Of a stretch of 64,000 nt of DNA, positions 12,111 to 24,774 are shown one piece after another; position 1 is the stretch's first letter; each line of letters starts with the position of its first letter. The stretch spans positions 81,220,001-81,284,000 of the forward strand of contig NC_043003.1 in NCBI RefSeq assembly GCF_006345805.1, given 5' to 3'. A model generated the notes under the pieces. That model ran no database searches. It saw only the letters and a program-made list of their open reading frames with translations, and had not been told where the DNA came from. Origin of the DNA: Octopus sinensis. Taxonomy: Eukaryota. Both the position numbers and the translations under genes were made by a program.

Positions 12111-13344
12111 TATTGGAGTTAGTTCGTACGAGTATACTTCTCTAAACCTTTGGTATAGCATGGTCACACTCACATAACAATTTTGAGAATACCACCCCCA
12201 TATATATTTATGTGTGTTTTATGTAATGGTACTCTCTGTATATATTCATTAATAGTTATGGTATGTATGTATACCATAGATCAAGAGGCGAAACCGGGCA
12301 TTGCATTACTACTGCGGCGCAAACTTTTGACACATGCCAGTAGTTATTTAGACGAAAGATAGCTGCACCTCATGAGACTGCTATATTGAGACTTGATTAA
12401 GTATAACCTGGAAAAGAAGATATAGTTTTGAAAACCAAAATAGTTAAATGTCAATGGAAAGTGCAGTAAATCAATGGTTGTAAAATATATGTGAATATTA
12501 CATGAGTTGGGTGTTTAAATAAAAAGATATATATATATATGCGTGTGTGTGTGTGTGTGTGTGTGTGTCTGTATGTATGTATATATTATGGATATGTTTA
12601 TAATTCTTTATCATCCATATATTTATAACTATAATAGCTGCTTTATAGAATATAGTTAGTCTAATACCAATCTATATTTCATGAATAATTTAGTTCGTAG
12701 ATTATTTTTTTTTACTGTATAGCATTTGCTGACCCAGTGCTATATTGCATTATAAAATTCTCATATCTTTTTTTTAGGAAGCTCATACATTTGATAATAT
12801 AATGCTAGTTTAATCTTTACGGTCAATATCTTATTTAATTCCATGAAGGTAGTCATAGTATAAATCGTAGAATGACGCTATAATGTGTTGTAGTGATTAG
12901 ATTTGTCCATTTACGTTCTGTATCGAAAGCCATTCCGGGTCTGTTTTGCCTTCCATCATTCATGGCTCAATAAAAATAAAATTACCGGCAAATTACTATG
13001 CTCCTCTGAAAAAGGGTGGGGCTTTGTTACATGTCAATATTATATCATTTAATTCTGGACGGTTAATGGCTGAAATAACTAAATGCGAAGTACTTTCTCA
13101 TACACTCGCTCTTTCTCTCTCCCACAGACAATTCTCTCGATGAATTTCTGTTTCCAATAGGAAAATGTGCGTGTAATTTTTCTAATCAGAAAGCAATTTT
13201 ACTGTGTACGCTCTGTAACTGTCTTCTGGTTTTTATAACTTTTCCTCCGCCCCTTGACTTTACACAAAACTGTCTCTCACGCTTAACTGTTTATTATTAT
13301 TGCTGTTGCTCTTATTGTTCTTGTTGTTGCTGTTGTTGTTGTTA

Positions 13345-13565
13345 AGGCGACGATCTGGCAGAATCGTTAGCACGCCGAGCGAAATGCTTAGCGGCACTTT
13401 GTCTGTTTGCAGTTTTGGAGTAAAAATTCCGTCGGAATCGACTTTGGCATTCATCCTTTCGGGGTTGATAAATTAAGTACCAATGAAACACTGGAATCGA
13501 TGTAATCGACAAGTCCCCTCCCCCAAATTTCAGGCGTCATGTCTTTAGTAGTAAGGATTATTATT
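13345..13565 (+). mobile_element. SINE family A
   Basis: ggcgacgatctggcagaatcgttagcacgccgagcgaaatgcttagcggc...catcctttcggggttgataaattaagtacc. Confidence 0.92.
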
Positions 13566-14075
13566 GTTGTTGTTCAGTGAATGAGAGAGCAGCGAATGTT
13601 ATAAAATACCACTGTACTACAAATATACGAAACGCAATATACCCATTATGGCTACCCGTCTGATAAGGGTACACCAGACACATGCATCACAACCATATGT
13701 GTGCGACATAGTGATCTTATATCAAAATAAACAGTGCATGATATTGCTGGTGGGGATCAGTTAGAATTCCCGTCAGATCGAGTAGTCCATTCTACTCAAA
13801 AGGTCTCTAAGCAAGGGTTGTTTAGGGATGATGAACGAAACACCCATGTTTCCAGAGGTGAATTATTCAAACCTCAAAGAATGACTCACAACACATGGCT
13901 ATGATGCTCCCCTACTAATTCTGCTCGTGATCAGAGATGCACATATCGTCAGCCAGCAAGTAACATGGTCAAATGGTTATGGTCAAACAACTGACAAGTA
14001 AATCTGTGATATTGAGCAGAATATTTGCTGCAGCCCATCTTTTATACCGAGACAAAACATTTACATGATAACACT
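13566..14075 (-). mobile_element. Probable 3' end (UTR) of a non-LTR retroelement
   Basis: GC-richer non-coding block ending on the minus strand in an (AAC/AAT)n tail at about 13557-13575; resembles an octopus LINE 3' UTR from memory only; single copy in this window. Confidence 0.45.
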
Positions 14076-14330
14076 TCAACGAAATTTTATCTTGAGATTT
14101 GGTGACACCATCTCTCCACAAATATCCAGAACCTTCCTTAGGATTTTCGTAGAATATAAGCTGGTACATTTTTGTAGGTTCACAATGCTAGTTTGAAGAC
14201 TATCTAAACACCTACTCAAAACATTTAATAGATCTCTCTCCATAGATTATAACAATAAAAAAGAAATGACTTTGAGTTCATATAAATTCCCATTTATTAT
14301 TTTTTTGCGAATTCGTGTCCCGTCGTAGGT

Positions 14331-14704
14331 GGCGTAGAAGTGGCTGTGTTGTAATTTGCTTGCTTACCAACCACACAGTCCCGGGTTCAGTCCCACTGCG
14401 TGGCAACTTGGGCAAGTGCCTTCTACTATAGCCCCGGGTCGACTAAAACCTTGTGAGTGGATTTGATAGACGGAAACTGAAAGAAGCTCGTCGTATATAT
14501 GTATATATATGTGTGTGTGTATATGTTTGTGTGTCTGTGTTTGTCTCCCCAACATCGCTTGATAACCGATGCTGGTGTTTACGTCCCTGTAAATTAGCGG
14601 TTCGGCAAAAGAATCCGATAGGATAAGTACTGGGTTCGATTTGTTTGACTAAAAAGGCGGTGCTACAGCATGGTCACAGTCAAATGACTGAAACAAGTAA
14701 AAGA
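14331..14704 (+). mobile_element. SINE family B with internal TA/TG microsatellite
   Basis: tggctgtgttgt...gggttcagtccc (A/B boxes), gtgagtggatttgatagacggaaactgaaagaag, 3' cagtcaaatgactgaaacaagtaaaaga. Confidence 0.92.
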
Positions 14705-15903
14705 GCATTGTTGGATGCTTTCCAGTATGTTTTCCTGTTTTAAGCTTACTAGATATACTATTAATTCCCAACATTGGCCATTCGCAGGTTATTAGGAAAC
14801 TTAGCTCTGACCATTGTCATCTTGGTGGAAATTAAACTCAGTATGCCCTGTCTGAATAAATTCCAGGAAGTATTTTACTTGATGCTGCAACAATTCGTGC
14901 ACTCCACCACCCTCAAATGCGATGGTATTTATCAACTCAAAAAAGTAGACCGAGTTGACCTCAAAGCGAATTAAGTAATTGTCATCTGACAGGACGCCGT
15001 TGGATATCTTCTTGATTAAAACTAATATAAACTACTTCACACTTATGTTTAGCATGCAACCATTAGATGACGAAAGATTTTGACTAAATTTTCATATATC
15101 AATTAATCAATTATTTAAGAAATTACTATCATGTATTTTTATTGAAGTCATTAATATATTTATCCTTATTAAAACTACTTTGCTTTCCTTCTTTTCTCTC
15201 ATGATCATCATCAACATCATTATCCTTTCCCTTGTCCATCGTAAATTTTGTCGCTTTTGTCAGTTACAAGCACACTAGTATCCGGGGCAATAGCATCAGC
15301 AGAAAGATTTCCAGAAACATTAGCTTTAGTTCCGACTAATAGTGGGCAATAAATATGATAAGTTTTAGTTCGTTTTGACTTCAGTAAAATTTATAAACAA
15401 GGAAGCCCCAGCAACCTGTGAAAGACAAAGCCAAGCATAGAAAACATGAACTATTGCAACGACAAAAAGAAAATAGAATAACACAAAGTAATCGGTAAAT
15501 AGTGAATTATAGCAGATAAACGAAATAAATAACCAAATAAGTCATCAGGTTTCTGGGAATATATGTAGAAAGCAAAAAGAAAACTGATGTCATGATATAG
15601 TAGAAAACTGACAGAAATACTTTGCAGAAGGATTAGGTGAAAGTCTAGGTGTGAAGCCGTGAAGACATGTAAGTATATGAGACAAGTGTGGCACTTGAAA
15701 ACCAACTACAGATGATATTTGAAACTGACCATAATAGTGGCCTACTTGATCATGATCAATGACAAATGAAAGGAAAAAAAAGGAAAAAAGCAGGAAGATG
15801 GGAAGAAAAGAAAGACAGCGGGAGAATGCTGCTAGAAAAAGGAATAAACGTAGAGAAATGTACGATGAAGAGAGAAATAAAGGTAGAGAAGAGAGTGGCA
15901 CTT

Positions 15904-15992
15904 TTATATAAAAACAAAACAAACGTGCTCCACGACTCGATGAAAAGTACTCCAACGGCTACCGCTGCCACTACTACTATCACCACCACCAT

Positions 15993-16044
<52 letters not shown>

Positions 16045-16185
16045 GTCTGATCGAACAGTAACATTGGGAAAATATATCCAACTTGTCCTTTTAGTTTCCT
16101 GAATACCACCATTAGTTTCAAATGACAGAAAAAGTCGACAGAAAACAATCAATAAGATTTGAGATGTGTCGACAAAAAGCAGCAT
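15904..16185 (-). CDS. Candidate coding exon: signal-peptide-like N-terminus, KR, NVT, poly-Ser/Gly tract; product unknown
   Basis: ATG-started 93-aa ORF MLLFVDTSQILLIVFCRLFLSFETNG...; much of its length is an in-frame (AGT)n repeat, so openness may be chance. Confidence 0.2.
15970..16044. repeat. (ACT)n/(ACC)n trinucleotide microsatellite
   Basis: Seen directly. Confidence 0.97.
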
Positions 16186-17134
16186 TGAAAGAAATTTCAG
16201 GATTCATCGCCTCTAAATTGTTTGTTTGATAACAGAAATATTACATCGATTATCTATTATTTTATTTCTTTTTCACCTTTTGGCCAATCGTAAGATGAGG
16301 CCATATAAAAGAAGATTACAAGTTACACGCTCGCGTTTAGTACACACTTGAGCACACTCGTATAGGCATGCAATATGTGTGAGTAAATGTGTGTGTGTGT
16401 GTGTGTATGAGTGTGTAATGAGATTTTACATTTAATTAGCTATTCAATAAAGTGTAAGGCTAGGATCTATAATATAAAATGAGAGTATCCATGCGAAATT
16501 GGGTTTTTAAATAAGCACTAGATAAAATTATTAAGGGGATGACCGTATTAGACTGATTTCAAGCTAATTCATCAGTAATACTTATTTTATCTCTGGAAGC
16601 TACATAATTCCCGTTCAATTTGAACGCAGAAGCTACACGAACAAAACGCAATATCTTAAAGTATTTAGTTCCACACTCGAATATTTCAGATAACTGATAG
16701 CTTATAATCACAAATAGAAATGATAAAGATTAACAATAGAATTAGCTTCCTGCCATGTGATCCAGGAGAAAATAATGTACTGATAAAGTAATGGAAGTAT
16801 TTAGAATTTCAAGAGAAGATTAGCAAAAACTGAAGAACAGTTTTTGTTGTTGTTCATTTCTGTATATATATACATCATTCTGCGGTAAAGTAGTTTGTTG
16901 GAAAATTGAATTGGCTTCTAAAGAAAAAGAGAAATAAGTCAATCTGAACACAACCGACTTCGCTTTCGCAGTTATTACTATTCAGAATAAAATATTTCAG
17001 GAAGGCTTCATCATTTTATATTTTCTGTGAAAAGTGTGGAGATACTGGCATACTTCCTTAACTTTTTTCAAGCATATTCACACACACACACACACACACA
17101 TAAGCGTATATATACATAAGTATATTTGAAAGAG

Positions 17135-17217
17135 AAAGTATATATATACACACATATACATACATATATATGTATATATACATATATACATACATATATA
17201 CGTATATTTATATATAT

Positions 17218-17264
<47 letters not shown>

Positions 17265-17273
17265 TCATATATA

Positions 17274-17307
<34 letters not shown>

Positions 17308-17374
17308 CATACATTCAAATATATATATGTATATTATATATACATATATATATATATACATACATTCATGTATA

Positions 17375-17446
<72 letters not shown>

Positions 17447-17448
17447 CA

Positions 17449-17482
<34 letters not shown>
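17135..17482. repeat. Very long interrupted (TA)n array, about 350 bp
   Basis: Seen directly. Confidence 0.97.
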
Positions 17483-17484
<2 letters not shown>

Positions 17485-18830
17485 AATAAGTGCATCTGAA
17501 AGAGAAAGATCTGCTTTCTAGATATGCTAGTCTTTCAAACATTTCTACTCATATCAGGATTTGAAAACGACATTCTATGCTAACAAAAGACTCCTATCTA
17601 ACCAGTGTTTTATGTATTTGGATCTCTGCGAATAAATGTGCTATGCAAAGTTAAATAAAAACACCGACTGTCGATGGTCTTTTAACTCTACGTTTTGAAG
17701 ACCAACAGTTTCATTTTCGATTCGAACGTGTTGTGAATCTTGTGCTTATGCATAAGCGCAATTATATTGACGCTAGCGCATATAGCTCACAGTATAAAGA
17801 CGACTGGCAACTAGCAGAGGAATTAATTAGGTGATTTACAGTATTTTTGTTCAATCCTCTCTATTATACACTTAAAACTTGTAAAGATTCAGCAGGAAGC
17901 TGGAGTTGGCAATAGAGCCTCAATTTGATGGAAGCTTAGTATCATCTATCATCGCAATAAATACATTGAATTACATGGATTTATGCATCGTTTCTTTGTC
18001 AGAAAGTAGGAGTGTTGAATGTGTGTGTGTGGTTGTGCGCGTGATTGTATGTGTATGTCCGTGTATATATATGTATATATATACGTTTATATATATATTT
18101 ATATATATGTATATACATATATATACATATCTGTATATTTGTAGGCATGTGTCTATGTATATATGTATGTAATTAGAACTGATTTACTACATTGCCAATC
18201 ATCATTGGTATTTCCATACTCTGTTTCTTATCAGCAAATAATCTTATAGATACTAAATCCCTAAATCACAAAGTAAACTTTTTCAACAAGGCCTCAAGAG
18301 ATTGCAGAATAATTAAACATTTGATCAGGAGGGTAAAATGAGACATACGATATATTTTTAAAGAGTTATCTTCGTTAAAGGGAGGGATGGTAAAACTTAT
18401 TTTTATTGACTTAACGCCATATTTAATTTGCAAATAATCGCAAGTGTCCAGATAAATACAGAAAATAAATCTGAAGCTATTTCTAATTTACAAATATCTA
18501 TTTCACACGATAAGTAAACAATAACAATGATAATAACAACAACTAAAGCATCAATTATAATGCTTCCAAAGTTTGGTACGTTGCCACAAATATGACTGCT
18601 GTACATAATTAAATTTCGTGGGGGTTTTAATCCAGTACTATACCAATTTTCTTTCATAATATTGCTATTATATGATTTTACGTTGGCACAGGCCAATGTT
18701 GAGGGAGTGGAGAGCGTATAAATGACTTATCGGCTATAGTATTTTGCTTGCACATATTTTATAAAGCCAAAGAAATAAAAGGCAAAGTATCCTGCGGTAG
18801 TATCAGAAACGTGAATTAAAAGGTATTATC

Positions 18831-18936
18831 TAAGCAAAGTCAGTCGATCTCGGGGGAATTGGAACAGAGGTCGTAGGAAGAAATGCCGATAAGCTTTTTG
18901 TCCGGTGTGCTAACCATTCTGCTAGCCTGCTGCCTT
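18831..18936 (-). mobile_element. SINE family A, 5' half
   Basis: gtcgatctcgggggaatt...taagctttttgtccggtgtgctaaccattctgctagcc. Confidence 0.75.
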
Positions 18937-19149
18937 GCTCGCAGTTATACAAATATGAAAGATGTTTCGTAATCGCACGACCTGGGGGAAGCAGGAGTCA
19001 AATCTTGCTCAAACCAAACTCTACCATCTTAAAAGGGACACATTGCATAACATAGACATGTGCTCGCGAAGCCTGGAGAAGACAGGATAATCACATCAGT
19101 AAAGTATTTAACAATAATCTATCAGTCTATCATAAACACTATAAAGCTT

Positions 19150-19262
19150 AAAACTTCGGGGCAAGGTGATGACGGATTACATTGATTAATTATTTTTTCA
19201 GCCCCTAAAGGATGCAAAGCAAAGTCAACTTTGGCGACATCTGAAGTCAGGGCGAAAAAACT
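19150..19262 (-). mobile_element. SINE family A fragment
   Basis: gattacattg...cccctaaaggatgcaaagcaaagtcaact. Confidence 0.65.
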
Positions 19263-19354
19263 AGAAGTAATTCTTCTAAATGTATTTTTCGACATAGTAA
19301 TGATTCCGGCAGTTCACCTTAAAAAAATAGTGTCTGCCATAGGCACATCCCTGA

Positions 19355-19485
19355 AATCTTGGGTGAAATGCCTAGTCGATTATATCGATCCCAGTGCTCA
19401 AGTTATCGACCCCAAAAGGATGAAAGTCAAAGTCGGCCTCTGTGGAATTTGATCTCGGAACGTAAAGACGAACGAATTGCTGCAA
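19355..19485 (-). mobile_element. SINE family A fragment
   Basis: tagtcgattatatcgatcccagtgc...atcgaccccaaaaggatgaaagtcaaagtcggcctc.gtggaatttga. Confidence 0.82.
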
Positions 19486-19911
19486 ATCAGTTTCAGTTTC
19501 AGGAAATATATAGATTTGTGTGGGAAGATATGTTGATGTTCAGACTACTTTCGCAGAAGTGTTAATGACATCAACGAAATTCAATAGAATCGAGCGAACA
19601 AGAAACCACGTCGTCAGCTCGGTTAACTCCCCTGCAGCTGGTTAAACCTTAATAGCGCTTTCAGCATACCACGAGAATATACTAATTACATTATCAAATG
19701 CTGTTATTATTTTCTTTGAAGAGGGATCAACTTAAATTATCATATGATATATCACTACATCTTGCAGTAGGATGCACTCTATGCTTATAGTAGTAATCTG
19801 TACAATCGATATCACACAATGGTATGTTGCTATGTCATAGGATGAGATAAAATGATGATATAAAACGAAGTTTACTTATATTACTTGTAAATTTTATTTT
19901 CAAATTTGTGA

Positions 19912-20092
19912 AATAAGGCCAGCAATTTTGGGATTGGGATAAGTCGATTACATCGACCCCAATGCTTAACTGCTACTTATTTAATCGATGCCAAAATGAT
20001 GAAAGTCAAAATCGAACATGGCGGAACTTGAACCCATAACGTGAAGAGGGACATAATGCTGCTAAACATTTTGTGCAGCGTGCTGACGATTC
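19912..20092 (-). mobile_element. SINE family A
   Basis: gataagtcgattacatcgacccc...gatgaaagtcaaaatcga...ggcggaacttgaac...gcgtgctgacgattct. Confidence 0.88.
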
Positions 20093-20098
20093 TTACTT

Positions 20099-20291
20099 TT
20101 TTACTGCCCACAAGGGTCTACACATAGAGGGAACAAATAAGGACAGACAAACGGATTAAGTCCATCACACTGACCCCAGTGCGTAACTGCTACTTATTTG
20201 ATCGGCGGAATTTGAACTCAGAACGTAGCGGCAAACGAAATACCACTAAGCATTTCGCCCGGCGTGCTGACGATTCTGTCACCTCGCTACC
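20099..20291 (-). mobile_element. SINE family A, internally deleted, 9-bp TSD
   Basis: ttcttactt at 20090-20098 and 20292-20300 flanks the copy; about 33 nt of core are missing between atttgatc and ggcggaattt. Confidence 0.9.
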
Positions 20292-20643
20292 TTCTTACTT
20301 GTAAATATTAATTTCATCCTCTAGGTAGACGGAAAACATTTTTTTTTAAGTATATTGGAATATATCTACTTCTGCATATTATGGCTACTAACTTATTGTT
20401 TCTGGAATAATGAAGTTTTAGTTGATAACTATTTGTTAACTGAAAACTTTGGGGCATCTATAAACCTGTCATCTATTAAAACTGTCTTCGCTATTTGTAA
20501 CAATGTAGTAATTCTGGTTTGCGTGTCTTGGTTTAACCAGTATGTTGAATCTAGTGATGTGAATTTAACACCACAGAAGCGTATGATAGTTAGCTGTAAA
20601 TTGGTTTAATATGACAGAAACAGTATTTAAAACATTTTGTTAG

Positions 20644-20687
20644 CCTGTATCAATATGAAACACTCCTTCAGCGGTTATAGCTCGAAG
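20644..20687 (+). other. Candidate micro-exon (44 nt)
   Basis: ttttgttag|cctgtatcaatatgaaacac...ctcgaag|gtaagt; one open frame (CINMKHSFSGYSSK). No homology recognised. Confidence 0.2.
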
Positions 20688-21545
20688 GTAAGTTAAATCT
20701 GATTTAAAAGTCGTGCTCTTACCGCACTTACTTATATGCAGTAATTATCTTAATTGCCTGACAGCAGAAAGACCGTCAGACATACGAATATCAAAAACAT
20801 GCAAACTGTGTTTCATACTAATTATTGGTTTGTTTTGCTTTTATAATTGAAATAATACAACAGCGAGACCACAATTACATGGAGGACTCTTACTTTCAAC
20901 ACTGGTTTTTCAATGCAGAATCGACTCGAATTTACAGAGATATAAGAAAGAGTAGCACTGGTATTGATTTATTTTTACATTCGTGACCTTATGCATTCAA
21001 TGTGAAAGAACTGAAACCACGGTAGTTTAAAAGGCAAAATTGACTCGATTGCTTCTTGTATCACTCTATGGCCGCTGCTGGAGAGACTGATTTCTATTTC
21101 AGGGCTTAGGAATATATCAAGAAAGGGTATTTTTTTTGCAGGGAAGAGGAATCGAAGATTTTTATTTGATTATTTTTTTCATTTGTTATTCATGCAGCGT
21201 TATATGCATGGTTGCGAAATTTTGGGGGCTTTGGTTTAACTGTGCGTTGGTCATGCGCAGAGAACATCAGAAGAAAACTAACAAGAGAAACACATAACTG
21301 CAATTATATGTAAAACGGATAAATGCATTGCTACGAATACAAAAATATATTGATAAAATATATGTAAGAGAGAACAAATCTTATGATATAATAAGTTCGT
21401 AAGTCATATAACATGTTGCCTGTGTTATAGGCAAATAAAATATAGGTATATTTGTATTGGGGCCTTTCCTCCTGTGATATACCTGTAATTAAACAAGAAC
21501 ACATAGGCTTATCTATCTATCTATATATATATATATTATATATAT

Positions 21546-21577
<32 letters not shown>

Positions 21578-22087
21578 ATATATATATATATATACACAGA
21601 TATATATATATATATATCTTAATATATTCATGTATCCGTTCGTGCATATACATCCATCCATCTATACATTCACACATACCTACATACATAAATATATACA
21701 TACAAACATACATTCGTACATATCTGTAAACACATACACTGAACCAAATATATCAAATACATTAACTCACGGGAAGACAAGCTCGTCATGATTTTCCGAA
21801 AAAGCAATAAAACGAAGAATAATAGTATGTAAATTGGCAGCATTAAATAAATAAATAAAAAACAGTCACAAGACAAAGATTTCATTTCCTGCACCATTTC
21901 TTTGGGAAAATGTCATGTTAGTTCAAAAATAACTTTCTATTGTACTTCGTATTTGCTAGCAGTCTATAGTACCGCCACGAGGAAATACTAGCAAAGCTAA
22001 AAGTGATTTCGGTTATTCCAGCACTTATTCGTGAGAAGTATAACACAAAATCGATGGTGAATTTTCTGTCTATCCATTTGTGTACGT

Positions 22088-22246
22088 ATGTATACATCTA
22101 TCTATTTATCTATCTATTTATTGAGCTATCTATGTATCTATCTATCTATTTATTTAGATAGATATTTATTTAGCTATCTATCTATCTATCTATCTATCTA
22201 TATCTATCTATCTATCTATATATCTATCTATTTATCTATCTATCTA
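22088..22246. repeat. Degenerate (CTAT)n array
   Basis: Seen directly. Confidence 0.95.
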
Positions 22247-22500
22247 TGTGTCTCTCAGTTTGTCTGTCCGTCCGTCTGTCTGAATGTTAATCTGTCTGTT
22301 GCTTTTCATTTAAAAACCATCTGAAGGAATCTTTAGAAACAGATAGGTATAAACACGGATACGCACACAAACGTATACAGTAACAAATAGATAATATATG
22401 CACTCATATATAAATATGTGTGTGTGTGTGTGTGTGTGTGTGTAAACACATCCTTATATATGCATGTGTCTGTTTCTGTCTCTGTGCGTGCACACGAGTG

Positions 22501-22932
22501 TTTTAATTGTTTCAGTCATTTGACTGCGGCCATGGTGTGTCACCACCTTGAAGAATTGAAATCGAACGTTTGCCCCCCCCCTCTCCCCCAAGTAATTATT
22601 AGTTTTTTTTAAAGTCTAGTACTTATTCTATTGTTCACTTTTGCCGAATCACTAAGGTATGAGAACATAAACACAGCAACACCGGTTGTCAAGCGGTTCT
22701 GGGGTCAAACACAAAGACACAAACATTGATATATATATATATATATACACTTATAGGTAGATACATATATACATGCACGTATGCATGCATGCATACGATG
22801 AGCCACTTTCAGTTTTCATCTATAGAATCTATGGTCAGCTCGAAGTTATAGCAGAATACTGTTGCCCAAGGCGCCACGCAGTAGGAATGAACCTGGATCC
22901 AAATGGCTAGAAACAATACATCTAACCACATA
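22501..22932 (-). mobile_element. SINE family B
   Basis: tgtttcagtcatttgactgcggccatg...gtacttattctat...cttttgccgaa...ccggttgtcaagcg...gcccaaggcgccacgcagtagga. Confidence 0.88.
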
Positions 22933-23833
22933 CTCACACACGCATATACATTTATATTTACAAGTATAGATACAGATACCTATGTACCAGAGTAAGCACA
23001 CAAATGCGAAACAATGGGGAAAAAAATTAGTACTCGAATACCGGATATAGAATAATACGCTTTTATTAACACCGTAACAACATGGAAAGTGCACATACAC
23101 ATACGCACACCTAAAGTATGATATGCCGGTGCAGCCTCATCAGGATTGGGACTAGGGAAATTCAGGATGAACAAATATGGGACTAGGAAATACTAGTGCC
23201 GATGATTCATCGGTACTAGCTTCGGTCCCTTATTCTCCAACGTACAACGGTGGCTTTCGTGTTACCAAGGAATTTATCCATGCCCTTTGCTTCTATGCAT
23301 TAGAATCAAAGATTTATCTTGTGTTTTTCACCTGAGTATAAACGTAAACTGCTCATGGACACACACACACACATACGCACACACGCACACCTACACACAC
23401 ACAGACGCATGCATGTACACACACATAGACATAATTATTTCTGTGGATAGGAGATTTCTTGGAATTTATTTCTGAATTATGCACCAAACTTATTTCCTTT
23501 TCAGGCTAAATCCTTAGTCTGATGCTAACTAAGCCATCTATCGCAGCCAAGAGGAATCGCCGTTAAACTGTGCCAATTACTACAAATCGAATTAATCAGA
23601 CTCACTAGATTTAGTGGCCTTATATTAACTATATTTATTTCCGAATGTAGATCAAAGTGATGTCATGAACGAAACAGAATTTTTGACTCGTAATATACAC
23701 GATCAATCGTTTCCTTTGAGAGAAATTAAGCATTTTTTCATTCCTCACAATGCAGTCGCATCGCCCGATCTCTGTCTGTCTGTATATCTGTCTGTCTCCC
23801 CGTGTGTGCAACTCTCTGTCTTTCTGTCTCTCA

Positions 23834-23908
<75 letters not shown>

Positions 23909-24208
23909 ATGCCATATACAAAGCAATATATAAAAGATTTATTGTCAGCTTACTTAAATATGCTTTTCACGTGGCTATAACTCATATCTCTAGTTAGAGC
24001 TGTGCTTTTAGCATCTGCAGTCTCGGTTAGTGCCAACTAATTTTTTCCAGAGAGTGATGAGTAAATTGTTACCATTTAATATTAATTCGCGCATGGACAC
24101 TATTTGTTTTTAATTTTGTCGACTAAACAGTACAGTCAGGACAGTTGGGCACCTTCTGTGAGAAAAACAGTAACGTGACGCAATTCAGTCTGTCAGAAAT
24201 TCATTATA

Positions 24209-24449
24209 AATGCTGTATTGCTTGGCATTCGCACGGGAAGCTGCAATACAAATGTTTCAGAGTCTCTGGATGTCAAACTGAGGATATGTGCTGCGGGTGA
24301 TAAATATCAAACATCCAATCAACATCATAGTGTTTGGAGTGATCACTAGTGATGGCGATATTATGCCTCCATTCATCTTCCTACACGGCCTCAGACTCGA
24401 CACGTAGGCCTACATCAAGTTCCTGGAGGAGGTAGTGCTGCCCTGGGTA
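24209..24449 (+). pseudogene. Internally deleted Tc1/mariner-superfamily transposase fragment (maT/DD37D-like)
   Basis: Translates AVLLGIRTGSCNTNVSESLDVKLR joined to IKHPINIIVFGVITSDGDIMPPFIFLHGLRLDT*AYIKFLEEVVLPW; KHP-x-VMVFG-x-I and Y-x-x-x-LEEVVLPW are typical ITm transposase motifs. Confidence 0.8.
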
Positions 24450-24698
24450 AATTTCATATGTTTAATATTCGAAAGTCGTCTGAAGGGAGTGGTTGAAGAC
24501 AACGGCGATCTTATTAAATAAATTTACTCTTTAGTATTTGAAGATATTTTTATGTAATGTTGGTAAATATATCTGTTCAAATGTAGTCAGGGTTATTTTT
24601 ATTTTCGCATAATTTAGACGACAGTATATTCACCGCAACCTGTATATATATATATATGAATTTATGTATACAGTTATAGAAATAAATAGATAAATAGG

Positions 24699-24774
<76 letters not shown>

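Noticed and set aside
14774-14974. LLGNLALTIVIL resembles a Nav channel S5 or GPCR TM1 segment
   Set aside because: The flanking residues do not match either family, and the ORF ends in a SINE A fragment.
18403-18696. 97-aa minus-strand ORF with apparent transmembrane segments
   Set aside because: Non-ATG start; the hydrophobic run comes from an AAC/AAT low-complexity tract; no convincing splice signals or family motif.
24121-24136. 16-bp match to the 55668/56377 direct repeat taken as an independent feature
   Set aside because: Too short to call alone in AT-rich DNA; mentioned only as support within the direct-repeat finding.
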